From Verrucomicrobiota bacterium (GTDB lineage: Bacteria > Verrucomicrobiota > Kiritimatiellia > UBA8416 > SLMC01), in assembly GCA_030018915.1 (NCBI GenBank), contig JASEHE010000004.1:1-40322 (forward strand): a DNA stretch of 40,322 nt, read 5' to 3'. The notes under the pieces were generated by a model. That model did not search any database and was not told the origin of the DNA. It saw nothing but the letters and a program-made list of their open reading frames with translations. Of the stretch, positions 9,710-19,060 are shown piece by piece (within the stretch, counting starts at the first letter, position 1; each line of letters opens with the position of its first letter). Position numbers and translations under genes: made by a program.

Positions 9710-10246
9710 TCAATGGCCGCATTCTGACACAGCACCGTCCCCGGCCACAATGCAAACCGGAGGGGTCAGGCGCGCCGATCGGGGAGCGAGTTCGCGGGCA
9801 ACCCGCCGCACATAGGAATCTAGCCTGGCGTTCAGGGCCGGCGACAGGCGGTCGCCCGGACCCAGGTCCACGGGCTCCACGCCGAAGATCACCACCGACG
9901 CAGGGCACTCGCCCAGCCGCGCGGACAACTCGATCGCCTGCAGGATGTCGCCCTCGTGCAGGGAATAAGCGGACTGGGCCTTGCGGGAGGCGACGTCGCG
10001 GGGGGCAAACCGCAGCATGGCGCCCGGCCGTTCGCCCATTCGGGCGCAGTCGATAATGACGGCCTTCTTGCGACCGGCCAGCGCGTGCACGATCCCCATC
10101 CCCGCAGCGCCGGCCTCCACGAACTCGGTGTCCGGGGACTGCTCCTCTTGCTCGGCGAGCTTCCGGATGATGCGGATGCCCACCCCCTCATCGCCCATCA
10201 GGAGGTTTCCGAGCCCGATCACGACGGTTTCGGCGCGTTGAGACAT
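9710..10246 (-). CDS. Hydrogenase maturation endopeptidase (HyaD/HybD/HycI family)
   Basis: VIGLGNLLMGDEGVG, IIDC and SLHE motifs. Directly follows the large subunit. Start placed at MSQRAE. Confidence 0.92.
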   Translation of the reverse strand: MSQRAETVVIGLGNLLMGDEGVGIRIIRKLAEQEEQSPDTEFVEAGAAGMGIVHALAGRKKAVIIDCARMGERPGAMLRFAPRDVASRKAQSAYSLHEGDILQAIELSARLGECPASVVIFGVEPVDLGPGDRLSPALNARLDSYVRRVARELAPRSARLTPPVCIVAGDGAVSECGH

Positions 10247-10326
10247 GAGGAGGCCTCCGCGCAGGCGCGCGGCCTGCGGCCAATCGTCCGGAAGAAAAGC
10301 CGGGCGTCCTGCCCCACCCGGACGTG

Positions 10327-11625
10327 TCAGACGAACTGCACGTCCAGGTAGTGGGTCGAGCACGAGATGCAGGGGTCGTAGGACCGCACCAGCATTTCGA
10401 GGGCCTGGCGCACGTAGTCCTGGCCCCGGTCCATCATCGCCGGGACCAGCGCCTCGAAGTCCTTCTGGATGTTGGCGTGGTTCTGGCCGGTCGGGATGCA
10501 GATGTTGGCGCGCTCGCAGATGCCGGCCTTGTCAAACACATACCGGTGGAAGAGGATGCCGCGCGGCGCCTCGACGGCGGCGGCCCCGTTACCGGCCTTC
10601 GGCGTCACCTTCACGGGCTCCGGCTTGATTCCCCGGGTCAGCAGCTCGTCGATCAGTTGCAGGGCATGTTCCACCACCTGCGCGCTCTCGACGACCTGGG
10701 CGACCGAGTTCATGTAGGGATTGCAGCAGTCCGGCTTCAGACCGAAGGTCTTGGCCGTCTGGGCCGCCAGCGGCCGGAGGTGGGCGGCGTTCAGGTTGAA
10801 ACGGGCAAGCGCCCCCACGGCGTAGGAGTCGCGGTGCCACTTCGTCCACTTGGCCGTTGACTGCGGCGAGACATATTCGTTGGCGACCGACTCGAAGTTG
10901 TGAACATCCACGAGCTCCCGCGTGTCGGTGCTGCCGATCTTGCCGTGGTAGAACGTGTAGGTCTTGGGCTCGACCAGCGCGATGTACTCCGTGGGCCGGT
11001 CGAACGCCGGGAGCTTGCCGGCCACGCTGAGCACGACGCCGGCGATGGCCTCCAGGCGGGGAACGGTCTCCTCGATCTGTTTCTTCAGATCCCGGAGTTG
11101 CTGTTCGGTGGGGAGCCGGGCAAAGCCGCCCGGCACGGCGCTCACTGGGTGGGTCATGCGCCCGCCGATCACTTCCATGATCGCGTTGCCGACGCGGTGG
11201 GCGGCCACGATGGTCTTGACTTCGCTCGGGTGGGAGGCGACCAGTGGGATCACGGACTTGACGCCCAGGAGGTCCGGCGCAACGAGGTAGCCCACGTGCA
11301 GGACGTGGCTTTCGAGCTGCTCGCCACAGTCCAGGAGCAAGCGCAGCTTGTCGGTCTGCTCCGACACCTCAATGCCCATGGCGTTCTCCAGGGCCTTGAT
11401 GGCCACCAGGGAGTGGGAGACCGAGCAGATCCCGCAAATCCGGCTGACGATCGGCTGGATTTCGTCCCAGCGGCGGCCCCGCACCATGGCCTCGAAAAAG
11501 CGGGGGGCTTCGGGCGCCTGCCACTCCACCTTCTGGACCTTCCCGTCGCGGGCGCGCGCGACGATGTTGCCGTGCCCTTCCACGCGGGTGATGTGATGGA
11601 CGTCAATATTGAGTGTCTGGCCCAT
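10327..11625 (-). CDS. Group 3b [NiFe]-hydrogenase large (alpha) subunit
   Basis: ITRVEGHG, L1 motif RICGIC, EAPRG and L2 motif YDPCISCSTH followed by a short cleavable tail. Start placed at MGQTLN. Confidence 0.95.
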   Translation of the reverse strand: MGQTLNIDVHHITRVEGHGNIVARARDGKVQKVEWQAPEAPRFFEAMVRGRRWDEIQPIVSRICGICSVSHSLVAIKALENAMGIEVSEQTDKLRLLLDCGEQLESHVLHVGYLVAPDLLGVKSVIPLVASHPSEVKTIVAAHRVGNAIMEVIGGRMTHPVSAVPGGFARLPTEQQLRDLKKQIEETVPRLEAIAGVVLSVAGKLPAFDRPTEYIALVEPKTYTFYHGKIGSTDTRELVDVHNFESVANEYVSPQSTAKWTKWHRDSYAVGALARFNLNAAHLRPLAAQTAKTFGLKPDCCNPYMNSVAQVVESAQVVEHALQLIDELLTRGIKPEPVKVTPKAGNGAAAVEAPRGILFHRYVFDKAGICERANICIPTGQNHANIQKDFEALVPAMMDRGQDYVRQALEMLVRSYDPCISCSTHYLDVQFV

Positions 11626-12370
11626 TCGCAAGCTCCTGCTGGCTGTTGTAGAGCAGCATGCGGCTGCGCAAGTCGGCCACTGTCTTGCCGTAATGCGCCA
11701 TGATGTCCCTGGCGGCATTCACGTTGGGGTCGTCAACGAAGCCGCGGCAGCCGTAGCACCAGAACCCGCCCGACGGGCACTTCGCGCCGCACCCGGCGCG
11801 GGTGACGGGCCCCAGGCAGATCTCGCTGTACTCGAAGCGGCATACGTTCCCGGCCATCTTGCACTCGACGCAAACCGGGTGGTTCGGAATGAGCGGGGTC
11901 TTGCCCAGGGCCAGGCAGCGCGCGATAGAGGTGAACTCCGACTTCGTGATCGGGCAGCCGTGCACGGCGAAGTCCACCTTGACGACCTCACCGACGGCCT
12001 TGGTCGGCTGGGTGTCCAAGTGCGGCATGGCCGAGTCCTTTCCGTACACGCGCGCGCGGACATCGTCCATCGTGAAGTTGTTCTTCAGTCTATTCACCCC
12101 GCCCATGGCGGCGCAGGCGCCGAGCGCGATCAGGACCTTGGCCCGGGCCCGGATCTCCTTGAGGCGCTCCTCGTCTTGGGCCCGGGTGATGGAGCCCTCG
12201 ATGATGGCGATGTCGTAGTCCTCGCTGTGCTCGGTCATGGCTTCGCGCCATTGGACGGGCTGGACCACGGCAATCAGGTCCAGAAGCTCCTCCTCCAGGT
12301 TCACTAGCTGAAGCTGGCAGCCCTCGCAGCAGGCAAAATCAAAGATGGCCACTCTCGGCTTGCTCGTCAA
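11603..12370 (-). CDS. Group 3b [NiFe]-hydrogenase small (delta) subunit
   Basis: DFACCEGCQ, IIEGSI, LGACA, GCP, PVCVEC, CLGPVTRAGCGAKCP and CYGCRG. TTG start at 12370 with a GGAGG RBS, overlapping the gamma stop. Confidence 0.92.
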   Translation of the reverse strand: MTSKPRVAIFDFACCEGCQLQLVNLEEELLDLIAVVQPVQWREAMTEHSEDYDIAIIEGSITRAQDEERLKEIRARAKVLIALGACAAMGGVNRLKNNFTMDDVRARVYGKDSAMPHLDTQPTKAVGEVVKVDFAVHGCPITKSEFTSIARCLALGKTPLIPNHPVCVECKMAGNVCRFEYSEICLGPVTRAGCGAKCPSGGFWCYGCRGFVDDPNVNAARDIMAHYGKTVADLRSRMLLYNSQQELANGPDTQY

Positions 12371-13215
12371 ATCGCCTCCCTGACTTCGGCCACGTCGGAA
12401 TACCGAAAGACCGGCCCCTTCTGGCACACGTAAATTCCATTGACCTGGCAGTGGCCGCACTTGCCCACGCCGCACTTCATGTGGCGCTCCAGCGACACGT
12501 AGACGTTCGCGTCGGAAATCTTCAGCTTGCGGAGCTCGAGCAGGACGAACTTGTACATGACCGGCGGGCCGCAGATGACCGCCACGGTCCGGCCGGGGTC
12601 CACGGCCAGCCTGGGCATCAACGTGGTGATCACGCCGACGTTCCCCGTCCACCCCTCGTCGCCGCGGTCCACGGTTTCCTGGTAGGTCACGCCGGGCGCG
12701 GCCGCCCACCGGCGGGTTTCCTCCGTGAAGAGCCGCTCGGCCGGCGTCCTGGCGCCGAAAAGGATCGTGACCTTCCCGTAGTCGGCGCGGCGGTCCATGA
12801 CGTAGTTGATGGCGGAGCGCACGGGCGCCAGGCCGATGCCGCCGCAGATGAACAGCAGGTCCTTGCCCTTCATGGCGCCATCCACCTGGAACTCCGTGCC
12901 GAACGGCCCGCGGATGCCGACCTTCTCGCCCGCCGCGAGCGCGTGCAGCGCGCGAGTCACGTTGCCGACCTGCCGCGCGACCATCTGGAAGCTGCCCGCC
13001 TGGGTCGGCGAGGAGGAGATCGAGATCGGCGCCTCGCCGACACCGAGCACCGACAGTTCCACAAACTGCCCGGGCCGGTGCCCGAGCTCCCTGCCGGAGT
13101 CGAGCCGGAACTCGAGGAACCGATCGAGCTCGGTCATCGGCGCCGATCGGACCACGGTCGCCATCTCGGGCAGGTAGATGTCCGTTCCGCCTGCGCTTGT
13201 CTTCTTCTTGGCCAT
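12367..13215 (-). CDS. Group 3b hydrogenase gamma subunit (FAD/NAD(P)-binding, 2Fe-2S)
   Basis: PGQF, GEAPISISS, RGPFG, GGIGLAP, CGPPVM and ERHMKCGVGKCGHC...C. Start placed at MAKKK. Confidence 0.93.
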   Translation of the reverse strand: MAKKKTSAGGTDIYLPEMATVVRSAPMTELDRFLEFRLDSGRELGHRPGQFVELSVLGVGEAPISISSSPTQAGSFQMVARQVGNVTRALHALAAGEKVGIRGPFGTEFQVDGAMKGKDLLFICGGIGLAPVRSAINYVMDRRADYGKVTILFGARTPAERLFTEETRRWAAAPGVTYQETVDRGDEGWTGNVGVITTLMPRLAVDPGRTVAVICGPPVMYKFVLLELRKLKISDANVYVSLERHMKCGVGKCGHCQVNGIYVCQKGPVFRYSDVAEVREAI

Positions 13216-14243
13216 CAGCGCGCCTCCGCGAGTCGGTTGAAGACTTCCACCGGGTTGGCGATGCGCGCAACGCACGCCGTGATGCAGCGGCCGCATCCCA
13301 CGCACGCGATCTGCCCGCCGATTTTCTCCGGGATGTACTGTCCTTTCCTGTAGTAGCGGTGGCGGTACCGGTCCGCTTTGTTCTTCCGAAAGTTGTGGCC
13401 CCCGGCCACCTTGGCGAAGTCCGCGAGCATGCAGCTGTCCCATATCCGGACGCGCGTCCCCCGGGCCAGGCTCCAGCCCACGTCTTCGCGCGCGTCGAAG
13501 CAATAGCAGGTCGGGCAGGTCAGCGTGCAGGAGCCGCAGGAGAAGCACAGCTTCGCCTTCTCCTCCCACACGGAGTGCTCGTAGCCTTTGCGGAGCAGGC
13601 CGGGCCAGTCCGCAGGCGCCGCCTTCAGCTCATGCTTCTTCAGGCGCTGGGCGTTTTGGGCCCAGACCTCGCGGCGCGCTTCCTGCGCGGCGGCGTCCGC
13701 GTCGGCGGCCGAGGCGAGCGCCCCGGCAATCGCCTCGCCCTTCTTCGTCGCCAGCTCCGCCACGTAGCCATCGCCGATTCGGGTGAGCAGGATGTCGTAG
13801 CCCGTCTCGACGTGCGAGGCGCCCATGTGCCCGGCAAAGGTGTTGGCCGACACCGCCTGCACGTCGACCGCCACGATCGTTGCGGCCTCCCGCCGCTTCA
13901 GGTAGCGCGCGTCGGCATGATCTTGGGAGAAGACCTCGTCCATCTGCCGGATGGCTGCCAGGTCGTAGGGATGCACGCCGAGCAGGACGAACGGCTCGGC
14001 CTCCACGCAGCTCGTGTAGCCGCCCGCGCGGCTGAACTCGAGCAACTTCTCGCGCGGCGGCTGCAGAAACACCTTGGGCGGCAGAAGCGTCACGTCATAG
14101 TCCAGCCTGAGGTCGGCTGCCCTGGCCAGGGGGCCCCAGGTGAACCGGTCGTCCCGGGCCTGCGCGCCCATGACCCGCCGCTTCCGGATCAGATCGTCCA
14201 CCCAGTCCAGCAGCGCTTTCGCGCTCACGCTCTTCATGCGCAT
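13215..14243 (-). CDS. Group 3b hydrogenase beta subunit (4Fe-4S dicluster, AsrA-like)
   Basis: CFSCGSCTLTCPTCYCF, RIWDSC and CVGCGRCITAC. TGATG overlap with the gamma subunit. Confidence 0.93.
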   Translation of the reverse strand: MRMKSVSAKALLDWVDDLIRKRRVMGAQARDDRFTWGPLARAADLRLDYDVTLLPPKVFLQPPREKLLEFSRAGGYTSCVEAEPFVLLGVHPYDLAAIRQMDEVFSQDHADARYLKRREAATIVAVDVQAVSANTFAGHMGASHVETGYDILLTRIGDGYVAELATKKGEAIAGALASAADADAAAQEARREVWAQNAQRLKKHELKAAPADWPGLLRKGYEHSVWEEKAKLCFSCGSCTLTCPTCYCFDAREDVGWSLARGTRVRIWDSCMLADFAKVAGGHNFRKNKADRYRHRYYRKGQYIPEKIGGQIACVGCGRCITACVARIANPVEVFNRLAEAR

Positions 14244-14309
14244 ACGTTCCCCCGCTTTCTTCGATCAAGGCAGCGGGCTGACCTTCGCGGGGTCCGCCCC
14301 GGTGTTCTC

Positions 14310-14702
14310 CTAGAAACGGTCGTAGACTCGGTTCATTTCCCGCAGGATGTCATGGCGACTGACAATTCCCACGACACGCCCGTCCTCCACGATAGGCGCC
14401 CGCCGGATCCGCTTGGACGCGCACCAGTTCGCCAGCGCCTCCACCGGCGTGTCGGGCGGGAAGACCGTCACGTCCTTGGTCATGGCCTCGCTGACGCGCG
14501 TATCCCGCGCATTCCCGCTGAAGGCGAAGTTCATGACATCGTGTTCGGTGATCACGCCCACGAGCCGGCCGGTGGCGTCCACCACGGGGACGCCGCTGAT
14601 GCGCCAGCGGAGGAGCAGCTTGATGACGTCGGTCAGCAGCATGTCCGGATCGGCGGTGATGACCGCCGTGGTCATAATGTCCCTGGCTGTTCTCAACTTC
14701 AT
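14310..14702 (-). CDS. Stand-alone CBS-pair protein
   Basis: Two CBS motifs: ARDIMT...ISGVPVVD...GVITEHD and VSEAMT...IRRAPIVE...GIVSRHD. Confidence 0.92.
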   Translation of the reverse strand: MKLRTARDIMTTAVITADPDMLLTDVIKLLLRWRISGVPVVDATGRLVGVITEHDVMNFAFSGNARDTRVSEAMTKDVTVFPPDTPVEALANWCASKRIRRAPIVEDGRVVGIVSRHDILREMNRVYDRF

Positions 14703-14748
14703 GGCCTATCATCCCCTATGCAGATCACTATTGCGTCTTCAGAGCCAC

Positions 14749-14917
14749 CCGAACCGCAAATCGAGATTTGTAGTCGGTCTCCCCCGGGAAAATCAACTCT
14801 TTTCCCCCGCGGAGCCGCCTGGCCAGGCGAAGGCCGGCGCGCCGCCGCCTCCATCAATAAGCTCCTGGCGGAAACAGCCCGCCCGTAGTGCGCCGCCAGT
14901 CTCCTCTTGCGGTTCGG
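14749..14917. repeat. Inverted repeat bounding the CBS-RM intergenic region
   Basis: CCGAACCGCAA (14749-14759) and TTGCGGTTCGG (14907-14917) are a perfect 11-bp pair, 15/18 when extended. Internal 14-bp palindrome CGCCTGGCCAGGCG at 14816-14829. Confidence 0.5.
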
Positions 14918-17900
14918 TCAATCCTGCCCGTGCGTGTGCCAGTGAATGAGAGTGAAGACCACTCTCTCCTGCATGGGGACCTGGCCTGTGCGGGAGGCCG
15001 CGAGTTCCGTGAACCGTTGGCGCGCGGCGTTCAGGCGTTTCTGCAACTCCTGCCGACATTCCCGACACTCTTGCGCCGATTGGGGCACGGCCACCTCGCC
15101 CCGTATCTCCAGGTCGGCCAACGTCGCCACCAGAGCGGCTTGGCCAGGATTGGCATACGCGCGTTTGATGCCATTAGCGCCCTGTCTGAAGGCGACGGCT
15201 GAGGGATCGAACATGTCGTCGGAACCCAGGGCGGACGGCTTGCCGTCGGGGATCTCGACCGTGACCGTGTCGTCCCAACGGTCCTTGATCCAGTCGGCGA
15301 CAGGTTGGCCCTTCTCTTCCGCGGACAGCGAATCCCAGACGCTGGCCGCAAGGTCGCGGGGACCGATCTGTCCGCGGCCGGCCTCCGCCCGATTCTCAGA
15401 AGTCTGAATGTCCTGCGCGCGTTGATAACGGTAGTATCTCGCAGTCTCGATGTAGAGTTCGTCGAGCGTTCGCGCGCGATGAGTCGCGTCGTTGACGCCA
15501 ATCATTTCGAAAACAGCGTCGTCCAGCATGCGGCGATCCGACTGCTGGAGTTCTCTGGAGAGTTCCACCGGCCGCGCCAGAATCTCCCGCATGTGTTGTT
15601 CGCTGTGGCAGCGCAGCATAGACTCCTGAACGAGATGCGTGACATCGCGACACGCCATGGCGCCGAGCGCTTCGCTCATGCGTTGAGCAAGGGCGGGTGA
15701 AACGCCGCGCGGGTCGGGGACTTCCAGCAAAACCGTATCAACCACCTCTGTCTTCAGCGTGCCCTCTGTTCCGGCGTAGCGTCCGTAGAAACACTTCATC
15801 AGGGCGAGAATCGTGCTGTTCAGAACGGCGGCCAGAACCGTCCGTTCCTGACTATTCAACGACCGCGGAGAAACGTAAAAGAGATTGTGATTGCACACCA
15901 ATTTGTCCGGGTTCAACGGCACGATGTGACGATACTTCTGGGCCATGGGCCAAAACACGAGGCCGGTTTCGATGTTGGTGAGGTCATGCCAAAGAGGGCG
16001 CGCCGCGCAAGTCGAGCGCTCAGGAAGTTTGACCGGTTTGGACTTCTTCGACGCGAACGTCCCGCGCGCGCCCCACCGGATGTACTTCGCGGCATAGGTG
16101 TGGGCGATTTCCTGCAACTCCTGGTTCACCCAGAGCACAACACGGTTGCGGTCGGCGGTCCGGATGACCGGACGATCCACCTCCATGAGACTGTGGACTT
16201 CGGGGCGGACGAACTCCCGCTCGATCGGATGGAGGGTGTTGTCTCCAGCCCGCACGATTCGGACCTTGCCTTCCTCGAGTTCCTTCAGTTTGCAGGGGGT
16301 TAGAAGCCCGACGTCGCGCCAGGGTAGTCCCTTGGCGAGTTCGGCAAGGACTTCCTCGGTGACATCGCGCGGCATGAAGAAAGCGTCGCAACCGCTGGTG
16401 ATGCCGCGCTTGATTTCCGCCACTTCACCGAGGCGCACGAAGCGGTCGCCGTATTCACGGATCAGGCGGAAGTAGAGGTCGGGGGCGCGGATGAAACGGC
16501 CCCATTTCCCGGCCACATAGCCCCTTCCTATCTCATACATGGCGTGGGTCTCTTTGACGCGACCGGGTTCCGTATCTTCATCTTTGTGAACGTCGTTTGA
16601 GTCGAAATCCTCATCCCAAAACAACCAGCCGGCGCGCACGCCTTCGTCCCACAATTGTCTCTGGGGGACGGGCATGACGCGAAGAAGAGCATCCGCGTAA
16701 GGTTTGTTCGGCGAATCCACGTTGAGGATCCGACTCCTCAGTTGCTCCGCAGCCTTCTGTCGCGCGGACTCGTCACCTGCGGGGCGGTCGTCGCCCAGGA
16801 TCTCGGCCACAGGTTTCAGCAGTCGGACGAAACGCGTAAGGTTGGCCATTCGGCGCTCCCCATCCGAACAGCGTTGCAGAATCGTGATGGCCGTTTTGAC
16901 GCGCGCATCCGGGAACCAAGGCTCATCCAGGCTCTCGATCACCGCAAGCAATTTGAAGTTCTGGAGTATCCACCGTTGCAGGGCAAACCCGTACTCGACA
17001 TCGAGCCAACTGGACGACGTGAGGAATCCAAAATAACCGTTCTCGTTGAGGAGAGATGCCGCCGCCGGCCAAAAATAGCAGTGAAGATCGCTCCGCCCGG
17101 TGAGTTTGAGGCCCGGCCACAGGCGGGAACAGAGTTCCTGGAAGTGCTCCTTGGTGTTCTTTCTTCGGCCCTCAAACTCCGTCTTGGACTCGTCGGCGCG
17201 ACGTTTGAGTTCGCTGCGTTTTTCAATGGACTCCTGCCGCACGTACGGGGGGTTGCCGACGACGGCGTCCACCCTCGGCAGAGGCACAGCGACGCGCCCG
17301 CGACTCCCGTCCGCATTGCGGAGGGCCGACGGGACACGGCAGAAGTTGTCCCTGTGCTCGATGACCTCGAAAAAGTTTCCGCGCGCTATGTGCGGGTAGT
17401 TCTCCTCCTCGTGGATTTGGCGGGCTGCCAGATTGAGTGTCGCCGGGTGCGCGGCGAAAAGAGCGATATCACAGCCGTAGATATCGGTCAGGAGTTCCTG
17501 GTGATGGCGGTGACTGTCGGCGGTGCGCTGGCGCGCGCGGCGCCGCTCGGCCAGCCAGCCCTTGCGGTAGTAGGCGCGTATCAGGAAACTGCCGGAACCG
17601 CAGGCGGGGTCCATGACTTTGTCGCCCGCGCGGTGGATGCAGAAGGCATTGATGATATCCGCGATGTCTTCGTTGGTGAAGAACTGGCCGAACTTCCGAC
17701 GCTCCTCGGGGGCAATCAGCCGCTGAAAAATGCCGCCGATGATGTCGTAGGGGATATCGCGGAAGTTGTAGTGCTCAAGGTTTGCGAAGACACCGCGCCA
17801 ACCCTGGCGGGCCATCGGCGAGGCGAAGACGAGAGAACCGACCCGGTCCTCGACGTCGGGGTAGAAGATGGGCTCGTAGTCGCAGCTCTCGATGACGGCC

Positions 17901-18775
17901 TGGTGGAACTGACCACGGAAATACTGGTAGATGCCTTCGTGTCCGTGGCGACTTCCGGAGGGCATGCTGAGCGCCGTCAGATTGCCCGGGTACCTGGCGC
18001 GGATTGCCTCATAGAAGATGGCGCGGTTGCAGAAGACATAACAGAGGGTGCGGGCGGCGCGGTCGAGGGTCCTGCGCCAGTCATCGGCGTTGTCGGGGTC
18101 GAAGGTCCATCCCATGTCGCCCGCCAGCCAGGCTTGGAGTCTCGCCGAAGAGCTGCGGTCCGTCCGACAGGTCTCCGCGAGGTAGTCGCTGGTGCCAACG
18201 ACCGGCCAATCCAGATGGCTTTCCAGGGAATGGATGAAGGCGGCGTCGGGAGTTAACCCCCAGTCCGTCTTCTTGTGTATGAGGATATGTGCGAGGAGCG
18301 CGAAGAGTTCTGGCAGAAACCTGTCGCGTATGGTCGGCAGTACTTCGGGGCGGCGACAATCGGCAGCGCGCCTGAGCTGCAGATTCAGGTCCCAAGGTCG
18401 CACTCGCCGCTCGATCATGGGTGCCTGCCACTTGCTGCGGTCGAACAGGACGAAGGTGTTTACGTTCCAAGTGAAAAAATAGGGGCACTGGATATTATCG
18501 GCCTTCTGGAATGCATCCTGCATGAGGGCGGCGTCGTAGGGAGAACGGCCTTCCGGTGTGCCCGGCATCTTCACTTCGCCACATAGCACCGGAGTCTGGC
18601 TTCCCCTCTGGAAGAAGCGGAGGTCGCTCCGTCGGTAGTTGCCGCGTCCGTACTGTTCGATCGTGGCATGTGAGAAGGGCCATTCGGGGTGGGTCGTGAA
18701 CAGCGCGTCGCAAAAGGATTTGACCTCGCTGCAGAACTCGAGTTCGTGCATTCGGATCTGACTGTTTCGTGGCAT
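14918..18775 (-). CDS. Type IIG-like restriction-modification enzyme (PD-(D/E)XK nuclease, N6-adenine MTase and target-recognition region in one polypeptide)
   Basis: N-terminal RSDL...GEVK nuclease motif, GQFFT, SAM-binding DPACGSGSF, catalytic VGNPPY, SSWLDVEYG and IKRGITSGCDAFF. 1285 aa, less GC-rich than the flanking hyp genes. Confidence 0.85.
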   Translation of the reverse strand: MPRNSQIRMHELEFCSEVKSFCDALFTTHPEWPFSHATIEQYGRGNYRRSDLRFFQRGSQTPVLCGEVKMPGTPEGRSPYDAALMQDAFQKADNIQCPYFFTWNVNTFVLFDRSKWQAPMIERRVRPWDLNLQLRRAADCRRPEVLPTIRDRFLPELFALLAHILIHKKTDWGLTPDAAFIHSLESHLDWPVVGTSDYLAETCRTDRSSSARLQAWLAGDMGWTFDPDNADDWRRTLDRAARTLCYVFCNRAIFYEAIRARYPGNLTALSMPSGSRHGHEGIYQYFRGQFHQAVIESCDYEPIFYPDVEDRVGSLVFASPMARQGWRGVFANLEHYNFRDIPYDIIGGIFQRLIAPEERRKFGQFFTNEDIADIINAFCIHRAGDKVMDPACGSGSFLIRAYYRKGWLAERRRARQRTADSHRHHQELLTDIYGCDIALFAAHPATLNLAARQIHEEENYPHIARGNFFEVIEHRDNFCRVPSALRNADGSRGRVAVPLPRVDAVVGNPPYVRQESIEKRSELKRRADESKTEFEGRRKNTKEHFQELCSRLWPGLKLTGRSDLHCYFWPAAASLLNENGYFGFLTSSSWLDVEYGFALQRWILQNFKLLAVIESLDEPWFPDARVKTAITILQRCSDGERRMANLTRFVRLLKPVAEILGDDRPAGDESARQKAAEQLRSRILNVDSPNKPYADALLRVMPVPQRQLWDEGVRAGWLFWDEDFDSNDVHKDEDTEPGRVKETHAMYEIGRGYVAGKWGRFIRAPDLYFRLIREYGDRFVRLGEVAEIKRGITSGCDAFFMPRDVTEEVLAELAKGLPWRDVGLLTPCKLKELEEGKVRIVRAGDNTLHPIEREFVRPEVHSLMEVDRPVIRTADRNRVVLWVNQELQEIAHTYAAKYIRWGARGTFASKKSKPVKLPERSTCAARPLWHDLTNIETGLVFWPMAQKYRHIVPLNPDKLVCNHNLFYVSPRSLNSQERTVLAAVLNSTILALMKCFYGRYAGTEGTLKTEVVDTVLLEVPDPRGVSPALAQRMSEALGAMACRDVTHLVQESMLRCHSEQHMREILARPVELSRELQQSDRRMLDDAVFEMIGVNDATHRARTLDELYIETARYYRYQRAQDIQTSENRAEAGRGQIGPRDLAASVWDSLSAEEKGQPVADWIKDRWDDTVTVEIPDGKPSALGSDDMFDPSAVAFRQGANGIKRAYANPGQAALVATLADLEIRGEVAVPQSAQECRECRQELQKRLNAARQRFTELAASRTGQVPMQERVVFTLIHWHTHGQD

Positions 18776-19060
18776 GGTTAGGTTTTCGGTTTATGGCCAG
18801 GGGGGCAGGCCTCGTCTAGTGAATAGGGTCTCCCTTGATCAGAATCCTCTCTATTCCCGTCCTGAATTGTTTGTTCACCTTGCCTATTTCATACTCCTTC
18901 ACGTCCGGAAACGCCAGAGCGATTTGGTGGTTGGAACAGCGAGTGAACCGGAACAGTCAGAGACCACCGGCAGAGCCGGGGCTCACCTGTTGTCGTAACC
19001 GCAAACACGCGCTATTCCCAACTGGCTTGGCCGAGCACGGGCAAACGACCCAGACACCGC

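Noticed and set aside
10327-10400. Selenocysteine-containing [NiFeSe] large subunit
   Set aside because: The L2 motif is DPCISC with ordinary Cys codons and no in-frame TGA.
14918-18775. BREX PglX or DISARM methylase as part of a multi-gene system
   Set aside because: No pglZ, brxC or drm partner genes nearby, and the protein has its own N-terminal nuclease motif.
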